64,000 nucleotides of DNA from Saccostrea echinata (lineage: Eukaryota): the NCBI RefSeq assembly GCF_033153115.1, contig NW_026889774.1, positions 12,710,001-12,774,000 on the forward strand, in the 5' to 3' direction. A model generated the notes under the pieces. It worked only from the letters and a program-made list of their open reading frames with translations. It did no database searches and was not told where the DNA came from. The position numbers and the translations under genes were made by a program. This document shows positions 55,601-64,000 of this stretch, piece by piece. Every line of letters begins with the position of its first letter. Position 1 is the stretch's first letter.

Positions 55601-58600
55601 AGATACTTACATTGATATCCATGTGAAATCTGCATTAGATACTTACATTTGATAGCCATTTGAAATCTGTACCAGATACTTACATTGATAGCCATGTGAA
55701 ATCTGTACCAGATACTTACATTGATAGCCATTTGAAATCTGTACCAGATACTTACATTGATAGCCATGTGAAATCTGTACCAGATACTTACATTGATAGC
55801 CATTTGAAATCTGTACCAGATACTTACATTGATAGCCATGTGAAATCTGTATGAGATACTTACATTTGATAGCCATGTGAAATCTGTATTAGATACTTAC
55901 ATTGATAGCCATGTGAAATCTGTATGAGATACTTACATTGATAGCCATGTGAAATCTGTATGAGATACTTACATTGATAGCCATGTGAAATCTGTACCAA
56001 ATACTTACATTGATAGCCATATGAAATCTGTACCAGATACTTACATTGATAGCCATGGCAGACATTTCCTCCATGTTGACAAACCACTGTTCCATGGCCA
56101 ATGGTTCTATCACATCCTTTGAGCGGCTAAATGTACCAAGAAATTATTCATAAATGCCAAATAATTTGTAAACTTATGTTAAGTATATCAAGTCACAAAA
56201 GCATAAAGATATTAGTTATTTCAGTAACTACTGCAGAAATAAAATATTGTAATTTAATGAATAATACTGCTGTAGAAAAGCCAGAATTGTATCTTCGATG
56301 TAAACATACAGATAAAGAATTTCCTTACTATACCCAAAACTCTTCACAAGCATATGTGATTTTGAATGATATACAAATTCATGCTATTATATTCCACCAA
56401 AAAGTCTGGGATCACATTGTTTTTACTCTATTTTATTTTTAAAGTAAACCTGTAATAACAATGATTTTTCCTGTACTTACCTACATATAGGTATTGTCAT
56501 GGCATGACTCTTAGTGCCACGGTATAAGTTCAGTCTCTTTAGATCTTCCACCACTAACTTTCTGGCATCAAATCTTTTCACTCCAGTGTAAATGTCACCC
56601 ACATTCTCCATGATACCAGATCTACTGATGACCGACATAGAGGGCAGTCCATGTCGCTGTCCAATCTCATGGTCAGTTTTATCATGGGCGGGAGTGATTT
56701 TCACAGCACCTATCCAAAGTTATTGGTTTATTTTAATCATGATTTAATTTTTCAAAACAAAAGACCATTGCATCAGTTAAAAAACATTATTCTTATTCCA
56801 TGATAACAGTTTTTACAGATGATGAAATATAAATGACAGGTGCAGACCGGTCTCATTTTGCTATCAGTGAATAAAATCAAGCTTTTTCTTGGAAGTACTT
56901 TCTTGAATAAATTTACCAGTTCCAAATTCCATATCAACAAAATCATCACAAATAATTGGAAGCAGTCGCCCATCAATGGGGTGTTGTACAGAACAGCCAT
57001 GTAAATGCTGATACCGTGAATCAAGGGGGTGAACAGCAACAGCAGTGTCTCCAAGCATTGTCTCTGGTCGAGTGGTTGACACAACAATTTCTTCATCTAC
57101 CAAAAAAATCTTACGCTTTTTTTTTATGGAACAAACAGTACATTTGCAGTAATTTGATATTTATATGTCTTGCAAATTTTATGCTGGATTTTCTTTAAAG
57201 CACACCAGTAGCTAAAAATCCTGGCATTTATATTTTGTAGAATTTCAAATTCAAAAGAAACCATAAAAATTTTTAATGTGTCCTTCAAATAATCTGGGAA
57301 AAGATTCAAAATAAATACTTTTTCATTTGAAATGATCAAGCAAAGTTTTCCTCTTCAAAGTGTATTCAGTAACATCTACTATGTGAAAATCTGGCCACAT
57401 AGCATAAAAGTTGTTCTATGTTGCATTTTCTCAAATACATAATGGAATTTTATCATTTAAAAAAGAGATTAAGGGATTGAAAATAATATAAACTGTTGTA
57501 AAAAGAAAAAGCCTACAAATGTTTGTGAAAGTACGAGTGACCTACTTTTTCCCACCACAGGATATGCAAATGACGTCAAAGTTCCAAATTCCACTTTATC
57601 TTGATATCCAGGAATGTTCAGATGTGTTCGCTTTGTGAGGGATACATTTTCTACCTATAAAAATTGTTAAATTAAATCTTCTGTACAGGTTTTCCACCTG
57701 ATATGTAAAAACTCACCTAAAATAAAATTAAACAGAAAGATTTTTTCTTTGTATTTGAAATCACACAATCAAACTGTTTTAATCAACATCTGATATCACA
57801 GAGGTTAAGTGACATTTACATGACCTTCAATATCTAATATTACAGACTGTAGTTTAACTTTTATTGAGTTATCTTGATGTCCGATTTAATACCATGCAAC
57901 CGACTAGTACTGGTAACTCAGTGTCATATATAACATAGCTTGATTGACTTAACATCATTCAAAGTTTCTTATAAAAGTACTATATATCTTGAAGTTTATG
58001 AACTTCTGATCAATTACTTCACTGTACTTGACTATCTTCAATATCACAGACTGTGGTTGGCTAAACTCAATATCTGATATCACAGACTGTGGTTGGCTAA
58101 ACTCAATATCTGATATCACAGACTGTGGTTGGCTAAACTCAATATCTGATATCACAGACTGTGGCTGACTGAACTCAGTATCTGATATTACAGACTTTGA
58201 CTATTCTCAAAATCTTATATCACAGACTGTGGTTGGCTAAACTCAATATCACAGACAGTGGTTGACTAAACTCAATATCTGATATCACAGACTGTGGTTG
58301 GCTAAACTCAAAATCTTATATCACAGACTGTGGTTGGCTAAACTCAATATCACAGACAGTGGTTGACTAAACTCAATATCTGATATCACAGACAGTGGTT
58401 GCCTAAACTCAATATCTGATATCACAGACTGTGGTTGACTATTCTCAACATCTGATGTCAAAGACAATAGTTGACCAACCTCATTTGATATAACATTTCA
58501 TCAATGGTTGATTTCACAGACTGCAGTTGACTTACATCAATATCTGATTTCACTGACAACAGTTGACTTACATCAATATCTGATATCAAAGACAGCAGTT

Positions 58601-61600
58601 GATTTATTTCAATATCTGATACTACAAACTGTAGTTGACTTACATCAATATCTGATATCAAAGACAGCAGTTGACTTACTTCAATATCTGATATCACAGA
58701 TTGTAGTTGACATGACCAGTTAACCATTCTGTTTTTCCTGTAGATCAGTCCATCATCATGGAGGCTAACAAAGGCTTCAGTTACAGCCTTGGATAAATCC
58801 TAGGGAATATCAGTTTATGACACAATTATATTTTACAACATATTTTGATTTATTTTAAAGTTTCAATGTGAATAGTAATGATTAAATTAATTAAATGAAT
58901 TTCTTTAAAAAATTACCTTGTCGAGGGTGAAACAAGCTCTGCTCCAGTCCAAAGAGGATCCTAGTTTCTTCATTTGATCATATATTGTTTCTCCTTTACT
59001 ATGAATAATGCAAAATTGACACTGCTTCAAGTGTTAAAATATTAATGAATGGATAACACAGTGTAAAATATACATGTATATACTGCAAATTGTAAATAAT
59101 AGTGAACTACACATTTACCATAACATTAGAGATTAAAATTAGTCCAATAATTTTCTGAATTCAAAATATAAATAATTGATTTATAATCATGTTGACTTTA
59201 TTGTCCCATTAAGACAGTCCACCGTGATGTTGTGTGCCTGTTTAACTAAATGTACTTCAACAAACTGAAGCCAAAATCTTTTTACACATGAACATGATTT
59301 TTTGATGGAGATGCACACCTTTGCTTCCAGTTCCACACCTCTTGGACAAAAGCGTCTCTGCCAATGTTGTGTCTCGTCGTCCTTCTCTCCTTCCATAGTC
59401 TCTTCTCCACCACCACCTGGGTGGCAATTCCTGCGTGGTCACAGCCGGGGACCCACAGAGTTTCATAACCTCTCATTCTATGCCTGAAACATACATGCAT
59501 GTTAAAATCATAAAAGATAAAACACATCTAGAAATTGTTTGCATGTGTGTAGAATTAAAATATAGTTGGAATAAAAGTAAATTTACTTTTGTATTTAATA
59601 ATTTACAGAAATTTCAGAAAGAATAGGATGAGAAATTGTTCTTTCAAACACCAATACAGAAATGTTTCCCACTCCCAGTCTATATAAAATTACATGTACC
59701 ATCTAACAAGAGCATCTTGGATAGTATTTGTAATTGCATGTCCAAGATGTAAGGTTCCTGTCACATTTGGGGGAGGAAGACACATTACAAATTTCTCTCG
59801 AGAAGTTCCCCTTTCACTCCCATACTCTGGTGTAAAAAATCCTTGGTCCACCCACCAATCATACCAAGCTGCCTCCACAAATTCAGGACTGTAACTTCTG
59901 GGTAAGGGACAGGAAACATCTACAAACAACACTCTTCAGTTCAGAACATATAAGAAAATTAACTTTTAATAAGATACATTCATTTATATGCGTGCTCATA
60001 GGTAAACATGAAATTATGCATGTATGCATGAAGGTAATTAAACAAAGTGCCTAAGAAGAAATATTTCTCATATCAAATATATCCTCCCTGCATATCAATG
60101 CTTTTTTTATCTATTTTATTCAGTTTTAACAATACATCATCGGTCCTGGGTTAAATACTTTCAAATGTAATGCCTTAAAGTACAAATACATTGGAATACT
60201 CCCCCTCCACATTTACCATAACACATACTCATATTTAGAGCTTATTTTTTGTGACACCATTATAATATAACATTATTCTGTTAGCACAGAAATAATATTC
60301 ATGGTAATGGTCTCTGCTCATGATTTTCACATTTAATTACCAGTCTAAATGTACAAGTTTATATCATTTTCTAACTTGTCCAAATTATAGTGAAGGACAT
60401 TATCAGAATTATTCACTGGACAGGTAATTCTGTTAAGACACATCATTCAAAATTCAAACATAAAACCAATTAAATTTCATACCAGTTGAATTGTGTAGGA
60501 CTAAGTGAAAGACAAGTGTAACAAAGCATACCCTTTTTGGCTCCAGGTTCTGTTGGCACATCGTATTTTTCTGATTCATATGTAACTGGTCCTTTCTGAG
60601 ATTTTGCCCTTTTCCTCTCTGTATCCTTCTATAATTATACAACCAAATTAAAAGGCTGTTTGGAACCGTTGAAAGGTAAATAAAGTATCAGGAATAAGAG
60701 TTAAATTCATGGTTAAAAAACGAATACCCTATTTAAAACGGGGAAAGCATAAAAAAAAATGATAATACCCGAAGCGAGAGACAAAACGCGGTGCCGTATA
60801 CATCGAAGGTTTTTACAATGCTTGGATCTTTAACTCTCTGGTTTATATGTCCGAATTTTCTCAACCAGAGAGCTACAGTTCTACGGTGTCGGGTGGTTAC
60901 GTTCCGATTCCGTGTTCGACCCGCGTGGTTACGACCCAAGTGGTTTCGACCTACTCTAATGTATATCCCTACATGTGAATACCTGAGTACAGGGATATAC
61001 ACTGTGCGGTAAACAAATGGATATTCGGTAGCTGTATATTGTATGGCTTCAGAGATGTACGTGTCAATAGGGACCTATATACTAACGTTAGTATATAGGT
61101 CCCTGGTGTCAATAGGTAGTTGTTTCCGTATAATGTGTAGTCAACGTGCAGTGAGAAGGTTTCCTAACATTTTTTTCTACTATCGCGGAGCATGGATGTT
61201 GATGAATTTGATTTAGTAATGAATTATATTTGAACAGTTTTCCATAAAAATTAATCAAATACTTCATCAAATGTACCGTGATTACATATGTCTAAACTAT
61301 TCTCTATTGAGAAGTTGATGGCTCGTTTTAATACTCCCCCTCAACTTCTCTACGAAAGGCCTAATAAAAGCAGTTCAGAAATTGACTAAATGAAGAACCA
61401 AAACCGGGTCCCACTTCGATCGGTGTTTTAGGATTGATGCATTATCATAGGCATATTTTGGATGCACAGATGTTGTTTTGTAATGGAAATGCGATTAAAA
61501 ATGCCGATTCTGCTGACTTAAAAAACATTCATCACGGTAGAACACTTACTTGCGATATCTGTGTCACCGGATTCCTTCATTCATTCAAAACTGCGTTTGA

Positions 61601-62448
61601 CCTCTAAAAAAGTCTAAAACTATTTCTCCGGATAACTATTTTACACTGAAACATTTAATACAATTTATCCGGATAAAAAGTTTTAGACTTTCTTAGAGGT
61701 CAACCGGGTTCAAACGCAGTTTTGAATGAATGAAGGAATCCGGTGATACAGATATCGCAAGTAAGTGTTCTACCGTGATGAATGTTTTTTAAGTCAGCAG
61801 AATCGGCATTTTTAATCGCATTTCCATTGCAAAACAACATCTGTGCATCCAAAATATGCCTATGATAATGCATCAATCCTAAAACACCGATCGAAGTGGG
61901 ACCCGGTTTTGGTTCTTCATTTAGTCAATTTCTGAACTGCTTTTATTAGGCCTTTCGTAGAGAAGTTGAGGGGGAGTATTAAAACGAGCCATCAACTTCT
62001 CAATAGAGAATAATGTCTAAACATTAATGTAGGTTTCTCCAAATTAAATTACATACGATAATTAACACAAATATACGTGGTCGATATAAAAAAAAAATGT
62101 AGACGAAAAAATAAAATGTAAAACTGTTGAAAGTGTTAATTAATTTCGTCGGAAGCAATTAATTGTTAATTAATTGCTTTGGAACGAAACCACTCGGGTC
62201 GAACATGGATTCGTGTCGAAACCACGCGGGTCGAACAAGTAGTCGGAACGTAACCACCCGCATTCAGTTCTACAGGTACAATGTGGTTGTGATTGTTATT
62301 TGTTCCAACGTACCTTGTTTTTATTGTGAGTTGAACAAAATCTGCATGTTGGGGTGTCATAAAACGAAGTTCGACCGAAAAGAGGTTTGTACAATTTTAC
62401 TGAAAACTCTCGGTAAAATTTTCTCATGTAACACCAGGACGCTGACAT
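40238..62448 (-). CDS. VARS2: Valine--tRNA ligase, mitochondrial, 22 coding exons
   Basis: Exons 62448-62314, 60628-60532, 59919-59700, 59483-59319, 58998-58917, 58799-58680, 57654-57546, 57096-56917, 56709-56481, 56126-56045, 55474-55398, 55029-54957, 54815-54710, 54563-54493, 53796-53671, 53554-53450, 53153-53006, 51960-51683, 51126-50926, 50673-50562, 46526-46360, 40751-40611, plus terminal 40321-40238 (23 segments if the terminal one is counted), all phase-compatible. Motifs [14 protein letters not shown] (HIGH), [53 protein letters not shown]. Exon 1 encodes an R/K/S/F-rich presequence-like peptide and there is no GST-like N-domain, favouring VARS2 over VARS1. Confidence 0.93.
40813..41024. 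mobile_element. Short TACGG...CCGTA MITE-like element with CGTACG repeats
   Basis: Ends TACGGCGCCG / CGCTTCCGTA with clustered GTACGA motifs; lies in a VARS2 intron. Confidence 0.5.
43596..45130. repeat. Dispersed ~250-bp direct duplication within VARS2 intron
   Basis: TTGCAA..AAATCCCT...TTTAATCCTGTGGAA...GAATGAAGATTTC...AGATAAGACC...TATTTGCACAGACTGC occurs at ~43615-43862 and ~44890-45118. Confidence 0.8.
47980..48540. mobile_element. Mariner-like non-autonomous fragment
   Basis: Starts TA|CGAGGGGTTATCAAAAAGTTTGTGGACT, a typical mariner TIR start; no second TIR found, so the right boundary is uncertain. Confidence 0.45.
48567..49712 (+). mobile_element. Helentron/HINE-like element with ~5-6 tandem ~165-bp Cg170-like satellite units
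   Basis: 5' AAAACAAGAGGCCCAGGGGCCACATCACTCACCTGAG and 3' CTCAGGTGAGCTAA (subterminal inverted repeat CTCACCTGAG/CTCAGGTGAG); repeated unit GAAGAAGATTTT...GATCGCCCATTGTGGCCCCACCCT..GGGGGTCATGATTTGAACAAACTTGAATCTACACTACCTGAGGATGCTTCC; (CAA/CAGA)n near the 3' end. Confidence 0.85.
55531..56056 (-). repeat. 36-bp minisatellite starting in the VARS2 exon ending at 56045
   Basis: Unit (- strand) ATGGCTATCAAT|GTAAGTATCTGGTACAGATTTCAC, about 14-15 copies, two with a 1-nt insertion. Confidence 0.96.
58035..58709 (-). repeat. 36-bp minisatellite starting in the VARS2 exon ending at 58680
   Basis: Unit (- strand) CAACTACAATCTGTGATATCAGATATTGAA|GTAAGT, ~5 copies down to ~58515, then a diverged block (CAACCACAGTCTGTGATATCAGATATTGAGTTTAGC) at ~58035-58470; traces to ~57780. 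Confidence 0.94.
61069..61104. repeat. Perfect 36-bp palindrome flanked by GTGTCAAT direct repeats
   Basis: AGGGACCTATATACTAAC|GTTAGTATATAGGTCCCT; GTGTCAAT at 61061-61068 and 61106-61113. Confidence 0.9.
61298..62012. mobile_element. 715-bp foldback element (Mutator-like) with 10-bp TSD
   Basis: Arms 61298-~61600 and ~61710-62012 are near-perfect reverse complements, with imperfect pairing continuing inward to a ~30-nt loop; direct repeat ATGTCTAAAC at 61288-61297 and 62013-62022. Confidence 0.92.
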
Positions 62449-62778
62449 TTTGACTAACTTTTTCTCCTCCTAATGAAAAGAGTTATCGAATCGCCTGTGC
62501 GTTTTAATTTGTTCCGGAACAAATGCTACAATAAAACTGCTATTTCAAAAAAATATGCATATTGATAGAATTGAAACGTTTCTTGTGAAATTGGAAGATC
62601 TAATGTAATCAAAATTTATACGTTGCCCCATTCATGAATCTATGTTTACCAGTTAATATAATCACCGTTCCTTGGTTTTGACATTTAGAATTTAAGCGCG
62701 CAATTTACATTGATGCTTCTCTCGGCATGGCAGGAAAGTGGCTAGGATAATTTCTTGTGTTACTTGTTAAGTTATTTT
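62449..62778. promoter_or_regulatory. Putative bidirectional promoter between VARS2 and GTF2H4
   Basis: Only ~330-355 bp separate the two divergent start codons, so both 5'UTRs and core promoters must fit here unless hidden non-coding exons exist. Confidence 0.7.
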
Positions 62779-62802
62779 ATGCCAGTGCCTGGGGTATTCG
62801 GC

Positions 62803-63123
62803 ATGGCAAGTGTTACAGCTGCCAAAAAGTTAGATTGCAAAGACTTACATGGATACTTAAAAACACTCTCTCACAGTATCCTTGATAAACTGTACAATCA
62901 CCCGGCTACCTGTCTGGCGGTATTTCGGTAAATAACAGTTTAACACGAGATGCAGCAAATTATGTACAGTTGTAATAATGATAATGACAATTTATTTAAT
63001 TAATTATTTTTTTTGCAGACAACTTCCTCAGCTATCTAAACATTATGTGATGCGAATGCTTTTCATTGAACAACCAGTATCACAGTCTGCTGTTGGTTTA
63101 TGGGTTACCAATGAACACAATGA
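62803..63123 (+). CDS. GTF2H4: General transcription factor IIH subunit 4 (p52/Tfb2), first two coding exons; gene continues beyond the window
   Basis: Exons 62803-62927 (in-frame upstream ATG at 62779) and 63019-63123 give [71 protein letters not shown], matching the conserved p52 N-terminus ([25 protein letters not shown]). Absent from the ORF track. Confidence 0.93.
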
Positions 63124-64000
63124 GTAAGTATGTATACATGTATAAGAGGACCTAGGCATTTCAATCTGCACATATTGACCTTGTAGCTATAGCAACTACA
63201 CTGTAAGTGAACAGTCAATCAAGTTCTCCAGATTAATTGGGAAAACATCCTCATCATATCCAGGGCTATGTCCAGAGATGTCAATCCAGTTTGCTTTCCA
63301 TTTTTTCCCCCTTTCAGTTATATTTGTTTCTGGCAAGAACTAAGAGACTTAAAAACCTACCAAGGTCGGAAACTAGGTTGTGTTATAAGAGCAAAGGTCA
63401 TGAGCATGGGGGAATGAAACTATATACATGGGACCCAGTAGTTCATTTGAGAGACTATCCGCATTGTAAGCACTTGGTCCTTAGTTTAAGTTCCAGTCAG
63501 ATTCCAACTTTTCTGTTCTTTTCCGTTTCAGTCAGTACAGTTTCTTGGAATAACAGCAAACTTGTTGCAAGATACATATCAGGGAGAAATTTTTTTTGAG
63601 CAAGACAACTGATAAACAAAACAAACTATACAAACTTTTGATCTGAAACTTGATTGAGCCAAAAAAAAAAATCCAAGATATCCAGGGATATTGAGGTTAA
63701 AGTGCTTAGATAAAAAGTGGTTGAGACTTGGACTTCCAACTCAGTGCTACAAATCAATGGTACTCAATATTTCAATGTTCAAGATACTGAAGTTCAACTG
63801 TAAATGAGTTAAGTACAAGTTTTGAGGAGTTTAGACATACAGTAACTGTGTATTCTCATGATATTGTTTCTTTTTATTCAGGATCGATTATATTAGTTTC
63901 TGAATTTATTTCTTGGACCTATCTCTGTTACAAAAATGTCAAATTGATTGGTGTTCATCATCTAGAAGTTGCCTGGTGTTGTTCATATTCATAGCAGTAT

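Larger units (their letters stand above)
60885..62264. mobile_element. Mutator-like non-autonomous element with 9-bp TSD (outer element)
   Basis: Inverted ends CGGGTGGTTACGTTCCGA...GTTCGACCCGCGTGGTT (60890-60930) and AACCACGCGGGTCGAAC...TCGGAACGTAACCACCCG (62220-62260); direct repeat CAGTTCTAC at 60876-60884 and 62265-62273. Confidence 0.75.

Noticed and set aside
55507-56087. Repetitive ORFs ([33 protein letters not shown]) as independent proteins
   Set aside because: By-products of the 36-bp period; only the frame continuing the VARS2 exon could matter.
55531-58709. 36-bp repeats as CRISPR arrays
   Set aside because: Units are head-to-tail with no unique spacers, derive from exon-donor junctions of a eukaryotic gene, and no cas genes are present.

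Overview
AT-rich, intron-rich animal genomic DNA, most likely a bivalve (oyster-like): it carries helentron-borne ~166-178 bp satellite arrays, MITEs and three N gaps. I reconstructed five protein-coding genes by hand from splice signals: a Toll-like receptor with a single coding exon (-, 5054-7228); a 10-exon CKAP2-like microtubule-associated gene (+, 14960-24821); a coiled-coil plus C-terminal death-domain gene (+, 35895-40124); a 22-exon mitochondrial valyl-tRNA synthetase VARS2 (-, 40238-62448); and the 5' end of TFIIH p52/GTF2H4 (+, from 62779 or 62803), head-to-head with VARS2. A probably decayed single-pass membrane-protein gene lies at ~26.8-29.2 kb. The most unusual pattern is three unrelated minisatellites whose first copy is the end of a coding exon plus its 5' splice site, so each intron opens with a row of cloned donors (in frame in both VARS2 cases, stop-containing in CKAP2). 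Also notable are the VARS2-GTF2H4 adjacency shared with the human MHC region, a nested set of TSD-flanked palindromic elements in VARS2 intron 1, and a very tight tail-to-tail junction between VARS2 and the death-domain gene. All coordinates were counted by eye and no database search was run.
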